Shown one piece after another: positions 51,126-60,046 of a stretch of 64,000 nt of DNA. Every line of letters begins with the position of its first letter. Within the stretch, counting starts at the first letter, position 1. The DNA comes from an uncultured Poribacteria bacterium (lineage in GTDB: Bacteria > Poribacteria > WGA-4E > WGA-3G): assembly GCA_951813565.1 (NCBI GenBank), contig OX638351.1, positions 1,312,001 to 1,376,000 of the forward strand. The letters are read 5' to 3'. Position numbers and translations under genes: made by a program. The notes below the pieces were generated by a model, which was not told the DNA's origin, searched no databases, and saw nothing but the letters and a program-made list of their open reading frames with translations.

Positions 51126-53057
51126 ATGAGATATGCTCAAAAAATGCTCAGCAAATTGTCCGCGCTTCGGCTTCAGAACAAGATTTTTTTTACTTATAGT
51201 CTTGTGTTCCTACTCATGTTTGCTGTTATCTTTGGGATTGCCAGTTTTCTGATTGACCGTGCTTTTAATACGCAATTTGAGAAAGACGTCGTTGAGTTGA
51301 GAACAAAAATTTCCAATTTGTATACGCTGTTTGTTGACTCTATTAGAATTGAGGTAAAAGCAATAGGTGAAGACCGAGACTTACGTAATGCAGTGCGGCG
51401 AGCAGAGAGAGGCGGCAGAGACATTCCACAAACTAATTTTGATGTTTTTGAATGTGGTAACACTGAGGGAATACTGGTGCTAAGTAAACGGATAGATGAA
51501 CCGCGCATCGGGCGAAAAGAAACTGAGATCGCTAATGTGAAAGTAGACGCATCATTCAAAGAGGGAAAAGGCACGATCCGTGAGCGGACTATCAAAACCG
51601 GTGAGGAACCGGAGTTAGTAGTTGAGGTGACGCAGTGGTTGGATTGGGGCTTTGTTACCGGAGGGCGGTCACTTGAAAAATGGTTAAAAGGTGAACTGCT
51701 CATCCAGCCGTCTGAACATCCGATTTTTCTTGTCAAAAGAAAGAATGAGCAAGAAGAGTGGATTCCTTTAAACAATATTGCGTACCACACACCGACTTTG
51801 AAAGCTAAATGGGAGCAGCAAAAGCAAACGAATGAGGAAGAGGACAAATCCGTTGAGGCGTTGGTGATCACTTTGAGGGATATTCAGCAATCTGAAGCCA
51901 CAGAAGCATCAGATAACGGCACTCGGACGTCCACATTTACAGTTATCCGTGCCGACATCTTAAGCTCACCTTTTTCGGATACGCAACGATTGCCTTTTGT
52001 AGAGTTAATTATCGCTTATTCGCATCAGTATCGTATTCAATGGCAAGAACAGATGATGATAATTTTGTTGTGGAGCATTGGTGGTGGTGCTGTATTGGTC
52101 TACTGCAGTAGTTATCTCGTGAGTCGGCGGATCACTCGTCCAATTGCCCAGCTCCAGCGAGGGGTAAACGAGGTCGGTGCTGGGAACCTTACTTATCAGA
52201 TCGCTGTTCAATCCAAGGGGGAAATAGGGGCGCTTGCTGATGGATTTAACCGGATGGCACTTGCGTTGAAACAGAGTTTAGAGGAGCATAAGGCAGCTGA
52301 AAGGGTCGCTGTATGGCGGGATGTCGCGCGCCAGCTCGCGCATGAAGTCAAAAATCCGCTATTCCCGATTCAGCTTTCCGTTGAGAACTTGCAAGCAGCG
52401 AGAGAACAACCAGCGATTTTTGAGAAAATCTTTGATGAATGTACAGAAACAATTATTGAAGAAGTTGACCGCATTCGTGGACTAATAGATGAGTTTCACC
52501 AATATGCGCGGTTACCCGTGCCTGACCGACATCCAGTTAATTTAAATGATATTGTAAATGCTGTTTTGAAATTGTATATGGAGTTATCTCAAGCACAAAA
52601 TATTAAGGTTGAAAAACAGTTGAGCCCGCTGCCACCTCTTTCATTAGACCAAGAGCAGATGGAACGTGCTGTGGGTAATCTTGTTAAGAATGCCATTGAA
52701 GCGATGCCGAACGGTGGAACGCTCATCCTTAGAACTTTTTCTACATCAATTGAAAAGGGAAGGAATATCTCGCTTGAAGTGAAAGATACTGGACACGGAA
52801 TGTCCGAGGAGACTCAACAAAACCTTTTTGCTGCTGATTATACAACTAAATCTTACGGGACTGGTCTTGGCATGGCAATTGTGCGCCGTATTATCACTGT
52901 CCATGGTGGAGAGATAGCAGTAGAATCGGAGGAGAACACCGGAACAACGATACGGATTACCTTTAACGAAACCTCATACCTTACCGAGACTGCACCTGTT
53001 TTGATGTTACCTGAAACTGCTCCAATGCGTATTCCGAATGGTGAGGAAGAGGGTTAG
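51126..53057 (+). CDS. HAMP-domain sensor histidine kinase (NtrY-like)
   Basis: Two TM helices, HAMP, ARQLAHEVKNPL H-box, NLVKNA, DTGHG, GTGLG. Confidence 0.92.
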   Translation: MRYAQKMLSKLSALRLQNKIFFTYSLVFLLMFAVIFGIASFLIDRAFNTQFEKDVVELRTKISNLYTLFVDSIRIEVKAIGEDRDLRNAVRRAERGGRDIPQTNFDVFECGNTEGILVLSKRIDEPRIGRKETEIANVKVDASFKEGKGTIRERTIKTGEEPELVVEVTQWLDWGFVTGGRSLEKWLKGELLIQPSEHPIFLVKRKNEQEEWIPLNNIAYHTPTLKAKWEQQKQTNEEEDKSVEALVITLRDIQQSEATEASDNGTRTSTFTVIRADILSSPFSDTQRLPFVELIIAYSHQYRIQWQEQMMIILLWSIGGGAVLVYCSSYLVSRRITRPIAQLQRGVNEVGAGNLTYQIAVQSKGEIGALADGFNRMALALKQSLEEHKAAERVAVWRDVARQLAHEVKNPLFPIQLSVENLQAAREQPAIFEKIFDECTETIIEEVDRIRGLIDEFHQYARLPVPDRHPVNLNDIVNAVLKLYMELSQAQNIKVEKQLSPLPPLSLDQEQMERAVGNLVKNAIEAMPNGGTLILRTFSTSIEKGRNISLEVKDTGHGMSEETQQNLFAADYTTKSYGTGLGMAIVRRIITVHGGEIAVESEENTGTTIRITFNETSYLTETAPVLMLPETAPMRIPNGEEEG

Positions 53058-53069
53058 CAGACAAATAAG

Positions 53070-53326
53070 TGAGGGTGTGCATAAATAATTTCGATGTTAA
53101 ATATGCGCTTAAAGGTAGTCCGCACACGCCGTGGGTTTCCCACAAGTTCAAAGAGGCGCAGCATGCCACACGGGGAATGCCATAAGGCATTCGGACCGTT
53201 GATTTGGCGCATGCTGCGTTGATTTGGCAATGAATTGCGCGACTACAAACGCATTTCTATAAATCAAGTGGTACCTGGCGTTTGTCCCTGTCTGTGTTGA
53301 TGCGCCAAATATTTATGCACACCCCT
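53070..53326. mobile_element. MITE with GGGTGTG-type ends and 8-bp flanking repeat; contains REPs and two nested micro-hairpins
   Basis: GGGTGTGCATAAATA / TATTTATGCACACCC; CAAATAAG at 53062-53069 and 53327-53334. Confidence 0.8.
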
Positions 53327-53367
53327 CAAATAAGCTACGAACGTCCAAAATTCAGAGGCGGAGAGAT

Positions 53368-54747
53368 ATGAATACCATTCTTATTGTAGATGACGAAAAG
53401 AATATTCTGAAAATGCTTTCCCAAGGTTTAAGCATCAAAGGTTACAAAACCTTGACTGCAGCGAGTGGAGAAGAGGCGTTACAACTTTGTATGTCTGAGG
53501 ACATTGATCTTGTACTGTTAGATATTATGATGGAAAACGGCATAGATGGTATTGAAACGTTGACGAAATTACTTGAACAGCATCCTAATCTTAATGTCGT
53601 GATGATGTCTGCACAGCAGGATATTGAAATTGCTGTTAAAACATTGGAACTGGGTGCGAAACGCTACGTCACAAAGCCGATACGTATGGATAAAATTCTA
53701 TCCAATATTGAGCCGTTTTTAGAACTCGCGCGCTTAGCAAAAGAAAATGAAATACTTAAGTCCCAAATTGTAGTTGACGATGAAATGGTGGGTGAAAGCG
53801 CTGCCGTCTTCAAACTCCGCGCCGAAATTCGTCAGGTCGCATCAAGCGATCTTGGTGTGCTAATTTCTGGTGAAAATGGTACTGGTAAGCAGCTCGTTGC
53901 TAATGCAATACATAGATATAGCAAACGTTCTGACAACCCTTTTATTCCATTAAACTGCGCGGCGTTACCTGAAGAACTTGTTGAGAGCGAACTTTTTGGA
54001 CATGAACGAGGCGCGTTTACAGGTGCTGATTCTATGCGGCAGGGGCGGTTTGAACTGGCTGATGGCGGCACACTTTTCCTTGATGAAATAGGCGATATGA
54101 GTTTAAAAGCACAAGCAAAAGTGCTACGCGTGCTTGAATATGGAGAAGTGGAGCGGCTCGGAAGCCAACAGATTCGGAATGTGGATGTCCGAATCATCGC
54201 TGCAACTAACAAGGATCTTTCCGAAGAAATTGGGCGCGGGCAGTTCCGAACGGACCTCTATTATCGTCTCAAAATTGTTCCTATTGAGGTGCCACCACTA
54301 CGGGAAAGGTTAGACGATATCCCGATATTGGCGAAATATTTTGCTGAACGGCTACAGATGAATATGGCTTCTACACCGAAAACCTTTGCCGCGGAAGCAT
54401 ATCCTATTTTTCAATCTTATCGCTGGCCCGGCAACATCCGTGAACTCAAAAATATCGTTGAACGGCTACTCATCATGGTAAATCGGAAAATTATTTTGCC
54501 GACTGATGTTGCTGATGTCTTACCGATCAAAAAGAATGAAATGCAGATATTAGACGCTACAGCAGCTTATCAGTCGAATACGCCGCTGAGTACGATGGTT
54601 GATTCAGCCGAGGCACAATGTATTCTGGCAGCCTTGAAAGAGAATGATTGGAACATCCGTCGAACTGCCGAAGTATTGGAAGTAGAGAGAAGTAATTTGT
54701 ATAAAAAGATGAATAAATATAGTATTGCCCGTCCAGATTCAGGTTAA
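53368..54747 (+). CDS. Sigma54-dependent response regulator (NtrX/NtrC-like)
   Basis: Receiver domain; GENGTGK; GAFTGA; LFLDEIG; WPGNIREL; Fis-type HTH. Confidence 0.95.
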   Translation: MNTILIVDDEKNILKMLSQGLSIKGYKTLTAASGEEALQLCMSEDIDLVLLDIMMENGIDGIETLTKLLEQHPNLNVVMMSAQQDIEIAVKTLELGAKRYVTKPIRMDKILSNIEPFLELARLAKENEILKSQIVVDDEMVGESAAVFKLRAEIRQVASSDLGVLISGENGTGKQLVANAIHRYSKRSDNPFIPLNCAALPEELVESELFGHERGAFTGADSMRQGRFELADGGTLFLDEIGDMSLKAQAKVLRVLEYGEVERLGSQQIRNVDVRIIAATNKDLSEEIGRGQFRTDLYYRLKIVPIEVPPLRERLDDIPILAKYFAERLQMNMASTPKTFAAEAYPIFQSYRWPGNIRELKNIVERLLIMVNRKIILPTDVADVLPIKKNEMQILDATAAYQSNTPLSTMVDSAEAQCILAALKENDWNIRRTAEVLEVERSNLYKKMNKYSIARPDSG

Positions 54748-54941
54748 ATATTCATACGCAGTGGTAGGAGCGGTTTCCTAACCGCTCTGGGTCATATATG
54801 AAAACCGCATTCTACGCGCCGATCTCAGAAAATCTGTGTGCCGTTGTTTGGATAAGCCCGGTTCGGTTGGGAAACCGAACCTACCAGGGGCGGAGGTAAG
54901 TTACGCACTTGAGCTAAATTCACGTTAATTTGTATTATACT

Positions 54942-55096
54942 AACCTAAGTTGCTACGGACAAGATTTCAAGTTAGCAAACACTGCTTTTTACTGAAAAAA
55001 CAAGGCTTTTTCGCTGATTCTTATGTTTTTTGTTCTAAATCGGGGTTAGAAACCCCTCCTACAAGAGCATTTGCGAAATAGGTGGCAACTTGGGTT
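54942..55096. mobile_element. 155-bp MITE with 5-bp TSD, carrying a REP
   Basis: AACCTAAGTTGC / GCAACTTGGGTT; ATACT duplicated at 54937-54941 and 55097-55101; internal GGGGTTAGAAACCCCTCCTAC. Confidence 0.75.
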
Positions 55097-55141
55097 ATAC
55101 TATACCGATAGCCGATTGCTGAAAGCCAAAAGCCACAAAAT

Positions 55142-55561
55142 ATGAATGAAAACAGCGGCATGACCCGTATTCAACTTCTTATCTTGCTTGTAATTGTTAT
55201 TGTCATAGGAGTGTTCTCTTATCCGCCGTGGGCAGAATATCGCAAAGTTAGCCAAGCAGATGTAGATGTTGAAATGCTCGCCATAGCTATAAAGAAATAC
55301 TACAAACACACGCAGACGTATCCAGCAAATTTGGAGCAACTTGTAACCGATCCTGGCGTGGACGGTTGGCGCAGGACCTATCTAAAATCCGTCCCAAAAA
55401 CGCCTTGGGGTGGGAACTACGCGCTAATACAAGAGACCTATAAAGTCGGAATTGCGAAAAATCACCCGCGTGTACCAACAAAATATCAGATAGATGGGAT
55501 CGCTGAAATCAGCAGGGTTTATCACACGGACGCTGCACAAGGCGAAAAATACTGGTGGTAA
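55142..55561 (+). CDS. GspG-like pseudopilin
   Basis: Prepilin-like G|MTRIQLL followed by a hydrophobic helix; YP..LE.LV..P..W...YL..VP.TPWG..Y. Confidence 0.75.
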   Translation: MNENSGMTRIQLLILLVIVIVIGVFSYPPWAEYRKVSQADVDVEMLAIAIKKYYKHTQTYPANLEQLVTDPGVDGWRRTYLKSVPKTPWGGNYALIQETYKVGIAKNHPRVPTKYQIDGIAEISRVYHTDAAQGEKYWW

Positions 55562-55564
55562 TCT

Positions 55565-56368
55565 GTGGACGAAATCTGGATACAAATCATCATTTTTTTC
55601 TTAGGTTTAGCAATTGGCAGCTTTCTCAATGTCTGTATCTACCGCATCCCTCGCTCAGATATGTCTATTTATTCGCCGCGCCGCTCCTTTTGTCCTGAAT
55701 GTAATCAATCAATAAAGTTTTACGACAATATCCCGCTTCTGAGTTATCTGCTTTTACGCGGAAAGTGTCGGCATTGCAAAGCGAAAATATCTGTCCTCTA
55801 TCCGATAGTTGAACTCGTTACGGCAGTGCTATTTCTCGCGATGTCCTACCAATTTGGAAGGACACTTGATTTTCTGCATGCACTCATTTTTGTGTCTGTG
55901 CTGATACCAATTTTTGTCATTGATGCGCAACACTATATTATTCCGAATGTCATAAGCCTTACAGGATTGATACTTGGCTTGGGAATAGTGTGTACAATTG
56001 CTTATCATGGTAAAGATTTAGATTATCTAAAGATGCGACTCATTGGGTTTGTAGCAGGCGGTTTGGTGTTGTGGTTAATTGCGTTTATCGGTAGTGCAGT
56101 TATGCGTAAAAAGGCGATGGGTGGCGGAGACGTGAAACTCATGGCGATCATCGGATTGTTTCTCGGTGCGTGGCCAGAGTTACCAATGGTGATAGCGTTA
56201 TCTGCTTTCGGTGGTGCAGTTATCGGGACACTGCTGATAGTAACTGGCAGAAAAAGTCGACAAAGTCCAATTCCTTATGGGCCTTTTCTTGCTGGTGCTG
56301 CTGTGGTTGTGTTGCTGTGGGGCGATCCGCTCTGGGAGAAATACTTGCAATTGACTGGATGGAATTGA
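55565..56368 (+). CDS. pilD: Prepilin peptidase (A24)
   Basis: GSFLNVCIYRIP, CPEC..CRHC, ID, MGGGDVKL, PYGPFL. Confidence 0.93.
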   Translation: MDEIWIQIIIFFLGLAIGSFLNVCIYRIPRSDMSIYSPRRSFCPECNQSIKFYDNIPLLSYLLLRGKCRHCKAKISVLYPIVELVTAVLFLAMSYQFGRTLDFLHALIFVSVLIPIFVIDAQHYIIPNVISLTGLILGLGIVCTIAYHGKDLDYLKMRLIGFVAGGLVLWLIAFIGSAVMRKKAMGGGDVKLMAIIGLFLGAWPELPMVIALSAFGGAVIGTLLIVTGRKSRQSPIPYGPFLAGAAVVVLLWGDPLWEKYLQLTGWN

Positions 56369-56450
56369 CATAGTAGTAGACACACGTTGTGGTGCCATAG
56401 TCGTAATAGATAAAGTTATACAGTATAGTGGAATTAGTTTGTGATCTAAC

Positions 56451-56524
56451 AAGGAGGATTTTCATGGACGTAAAAGACGCAATACTTTCAAGACGTTCCA
56501 TTTTCAAATTCAAACAGGAACCCG
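56451..56524 (+). pseudogene. Duplicated RBS plus first 20 codons of the downstream nitroreductase gene
   Basis: 71 of 74 nt identical to 57272-57345; runs directly into the hairpin CGCTCCATCGGAGCG. Confidence 0.9.
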
Positions 56525-56613
56525 CTCCATCGGAGCGTTATGTCAATTTACACGTAAGTTGCTATCAGCATCTTCTAATGTAATAAATATTAGTGCTTTA
56601 GAGAAGAAATCCT

Positions 56614-57092
56614 ATGGCAAATACATATACCCAACTCTATATTCATGTTGTATTCGCTGTTAAAGGGAGACAGTCCCTCATTCCAAAACACCACAAAGAG
56701 GAACTTCACCAATACATCACGGGCATTATTACCAATAGAAGGCAGAAGTCATACAAATCAATTCAATGCCCGACCACATTCATATCCTTATAGATATGAC
56801 TCCAGATTGTAATCTTTCTGATTTAGTAAGAGATATTAAGGTGAGTTCAACAAAATTTATCAACAAAAACCGTTGGGTAGTAGGCCAGTTCAAATGGCAG
56901 GAAGGATTTAGTGCATTTACCTATTCACATTCTCAGTTGGGAGATGTTGCAAGATACATCCGAAATCAAGAAAAACATCATTCTCATAGAACATTCAGAG
57001 AGGAATATCTTGAGTTATTGAAACGTTTTGATATTGCTTACGATGAGAAGTATGTTTTTGAGGGTGTTGATGAGAATGCTCCAGAAACATAA
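56614..57092 (+). pseudogene. tnpA: IS200/IS605-family HUH (Y1) transposase, frameshifted near 56745
   Basis: MANTYTQLYIHVVFAVK in one frame; MPDHIHIL (HUH), WQEGFSAF, YIRNQEKHH in another; adding one A in CAGAAGTC restores the ORF; flanked by hairpins at 56523-56543, 57127-57150, 57171-57198. Confidence 0.88.
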
Positions 57093-57284
57093 TGTTCTGT
57101 TGGAATGAGGACAGTAAGTAGGTAACAACATACCGCTCCGCTGGAGCGGAGGAGAGTGCATAACATTTTTCTATAAACATATCGCTCCGCTGGAGCGACT
57201 GAATGTCTCTGATGCTATATGTAAAGGCTCTAATACTTTGCAACCAACCACCTAATAAACTATAATCCAAAAAGGAGGGATTTC

Positions 57285-57854
57285 ATGGACGTAAAAGACG
57301 CAATACTTTCAAGACGTTCCATTTTTAAATTCAAACAGGAACCCGTGCCGAACGATGTCCTTGAACAAATATTCAGTTACGGGATATGGGCACCGAATCA
57401 TCACGTTACAGAACCGTGGCGGTTTACCGTCATCGGCGAAAAAACGAAGTTGGTACTTGCGCAACGTTACCGAGAAATCAAGATGGAGGACACGCCAGAC
57501 CACGTTGATGCGGAAAATCTTGCCAAGATAGGCGAATTGGCTTACGAAAAATTTATGTCTAAGCCAACGATTATCGCTGTGTCCTGTGTCCAAGATGGGG
57601 ACGAACAACGGCAACGTGAAGATTACGCCGCTGCCTGTTGTGCAATGCAGAACGTCCAACTCGCTGCATGGGATGCAGGAGTCGGTATGCAGTGGAGCAC
57701 CGGCAGAATCACGATGGAAGAAAAGACCTATCAGTTGCTTGGAATAGATTCATCGCAGGAATACATTATCGGTTTTTTCTATACTGGTTATCCTGCAGAG
57801 ATTAAAGAACCGAATCGGAAACCTGCTGCTGAATTTATCCGCTGGGTTGCCTAA
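57285..57854 (+). CDS. Nitroreductase family protein (YdjA-like)
   Basis: SRRSI, WAPNH..TEPWRF, QN..LAA...G.G..W. Confidence 0.9.
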   Translation: MDVKDAILSRRSIFKFKQEPVPNDVLEQIFSYGIWAPNHHVTEPWRFTVIGEKTKLVLAQRYREIKMEDTPDHVDAENLAKIGELAYEKFMSKPTIIAVSCVQDGDEQRQREDYAAACCAMQNVQLAAWDAGVGMQWSTGRITMEEKTYQLLGIDSSQEYIIGFFYTGYPAEIKEPNRKPAAEFIRWVA

Positions 57855-57863
57855 ACCGATAAC

Positions 57864-58012
57864 CATAAGTGTCAACTTAAGGATATATTTTGTTGTAGGA
57901 GGGATTTTCAACTCCGATAAATCTGCATGCAAAGTAGTAGGCACACTCCGTGTAAACAAGATAAGGCGGACGGAGTATGCCTGCTACCTTTAGATCACTA
58001 TTGACACTTGTG
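57864..58012. mobile_element. MITE with CATAAGTGTCAA ends, filled with GTAG-REPs
   Basis: CATAAGTGTCAACTTAAG / TTGACACTTGTG; internal GTAGGAGGG.. and GTAGTAGGCACACTCCGT..ACGGAGTATGCCTGCTAC. Confidence 0.7.
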
Positions 58013-58018
58013 GGTGGC

Positions 58019-58855
58019 TTAAACTGATAGCTGATACGCAGTTTTTGCATTTTTCCAGAAGAACTTCGCCTTAACTTCATCGCCTTTTGGACTGAAGTAG
58101 TCGTTCACAATTTTTTGCACGACTTTATACTGTGCAAAACGTTCGGATACAGGCCAGTTGCTTCCGTAAATAAGTCTATCTTCACCAAACGCTTTCCATA
58201 AAACATCTATTGTTGGCGTGTAGTAGGCAACGTCTTCAGGGGCGGGAGTTTGTCCTGTATGCTCTGCCAAACCCGATACTTTACAGTAGACATTCGGATA
58301 GCGCGCAACTTCCTGTATGGTTGAAACCCATCCCGCATCGGGTGGATTACCATCGACTCGAACGCCAGCGATGTGGTTAATCACAACACGCATCGTTGGT
58401 GTATGTTCAACCAAGGCAGGCACGTTGCGTAATGCATCAGGGTTTATGAGCAGGTCTAAGGTGAGTTCCTTCTCAGCTAATTTCTCAATGTTCTTTAAGA
58501 AGTCAGCATCGCCGAGTGCTTGAAGATGACCGCCTCCGAGACGTATTCCTCGGAAAAGCGGATTGCCAGAAAACCGATTCAGGTTTTTCTCAAAGTCTGC
58601 ATCGTTAGGTGCTAAATTGCCAACGAACCCGACAATAAATGGTTCATTAGCCGCAAGGTCAAGGATCCATTGGTTGTCGTCAACCCACTTGCTTGCCTCA
58701 ACGACTACAGTTCCTGTTACGCCTTCAGGTACAGCGAGTTTTTTGTAATCGTTCGGCATAACGGTGCGGTAAAGTAAGTCATCATTAGGGTTTGGCCACG
58801 GCACACCTTCTGGTCGTGTCGGGTCATAAAAATGTGTATGTGTATCAATAATCAT
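58019..58855 (-). CDS. Amidohydrolase-2 family protein (L-fuconolactonase-like)
   Basis: IDTHTH, NH, CKVSG, FGEDRLIYGSNWPV; AAGGAG RBS. Confidence 0.88.
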   Translation of the reverse strand: MIIDTHTHFYDPTRPEGVPWPNPNDDLLYRTVMPNDYKKLAVPEGVTGTVVVEASKWVDDNQWILDLAANEPFIVGFVGNLAPNDADFEKNLNRFSGNPLFRGIRLGGGHLQALGDADFLKNIEKLAEKELTLDLLINPDALRNVPALVEHTPTMRVVINHIAGVRVDGNPPDAGWVSTIQEVARYPNVYCKVSGLAEHTGQTPAPEDVAYYTPTIDVLWKAFGEDRLIYGSNWPVSERFAQYKVVQKIVNDYFSPKGDEVKAKFFWKNAKTAYQLSV

Positions 58856-59758
58856 CAATACTCCTTTGTAAATACTGTAGGACAAGGTTTCCGTGCCTTA
58901 GTCCAGTTAGGTTTTCCCATTGTAGGACAAACTTCCTGTGTCTTAACGCTGTTATCCGTTCTACTGCTAACCTGTTTTCTATATGGATGTCCGGCTCCCG
59001 ATGAGGCACAACAGCAGCGGCGAGAACTCCAGCGCGATGCCTTAAAACTCAAAATGGGGCAAGAACTCAATCCCATTGATCCGGAGGGGCATGTTGCGTT
59101 AGGAAAAATCTATCATCAATTGGGTGAGCACGAGAAGGCGATAGAATCTTTTCAAACAGCAATTTCTCTTGACGAAAAACATCAGCATGCGTATAACAAT
59201 TTGGGTTTAATTTATATTGACCTCCGTCTATTTCTGCTGGCGATAGAAATGTTTCAAGCGGCGCTTGAAATTGAACCGGAGAACCCCGCTTTTTACAACA
59301 ATCTCGGCTATGCTTACGACATGTCGGACAGGTTTGATGAAGCACTGGAGGCTTATCGCAATGCCTTGGATGCCGACTCCGCGTTCGTGGATACCTATTA
59401 CAACCTTGCTGATGCCTATCTAAACCGAGAATCTTATCCAGAGGCCATTCAGTATTACAAAGCAGGTATAGAACTGGATGGTGGTGACGCGACAGTCTAC
59501 TTTAATATCGGTCTTGCATATCAAGAAACCGATGAACTGCTTAGTGCAATCCAAGCCTATGAAAAAGGTGTATCTCTGGATAGCGATGAGGTTGAGGCTT
59601 ACTATCGCCTTGCACTTGCCTATCAAAAAAAGGGTGATCACGTCATGATGCACCGTTATTTAGACACGTTTCTCAAAAAGGCTGAAGGTATCCATCGCTT
59701 TGAAAAACAATATCTCACTGCAAAGCGGATGCGTCAACAAGCATCGGGAGATAGGTAA
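58838..59758 (+). CDS. TPR repeat lipoprotein (start uncertain)
   Basis: Hydrophobic stretch plus LYGC lipobox-like motif; about 6 TPRs; the only in-frame ATGs overlap the divergent gene. Confidence 0.75.
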   Translation: MCINNHQYSFVNTVGQGFRALVQLGFPIVGQTSCVLTLLSVLLLTCFLYGCPAPDEAQQQRRELQRDALKLKMGQELNPIDPEGHVALGKIYHQLGEHEKAIESFQTAISLDEKHQHAYNNLGLIYIDLRLFLLAIEMFQAALEIEPENPAFYNNLGYAYDMSDRFDEALEAYRNALDADSAFVDTYYNLADAYLNRESYPEAIQYYKAGIELDGGDATVYFNIGLAYQETDELLSAIQAYEKGVSLDSDEVEAYYRLALAYQKKGDHVMMHRYLDTFLKKAEGIHRFEKQYLTAKRMRQQASGDR

Positions 59759-59762
59759 ACCT

Positions 59763-59999
59763 ACGTGAGTTCGGTGTCCAAGATATGAAGTTCTTAATGT
59801 TTTGAATTCTGCTCACATAACCACACTTTGTAGCACAAACTTTATGAAGATTAATTTATTAATTCGGTAATTTTCTGTCCGCACAAGGCAGGTGTACCCA
59901 CCTGCTGGCGAGGTTTCCTAACCTCACAAAATTACCGGTTTATTTTCTTAAACTTCATAAAGTTTGCGCTACAAAAAATTGTTTATACCGAACTTACGT
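59763..59999. mobile_element. Composite MITE with 7-bp TSD; contains a REP and an inner MITE (59844-59958)
   Basis: ACGTGAGTTCGG / CCGAACTTACGT; TAAACCT duplicated at 59756-59762 and 60000-60006; inverted relative of 43610-43896. Confidence 0.85.
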
Positions 60000-60046
60000 T
60001 AAACCTATAAGTTGGGTTTCGCTATCGCTCACTCATAAATCAACGC

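Noticed and set aside
51194..51871. 225-aa antisense ORF and the many other short overlapping ORFs in the track
   Set aside because: Shadow frames of well-supported genes, with no recognisable motifs or RBS.
56730..56770. Programmed frameshift in tnpA
   Set aside because: No slippery heptamer at the site; a single-base loss is simpler. A sequencing error cannot be excluded.
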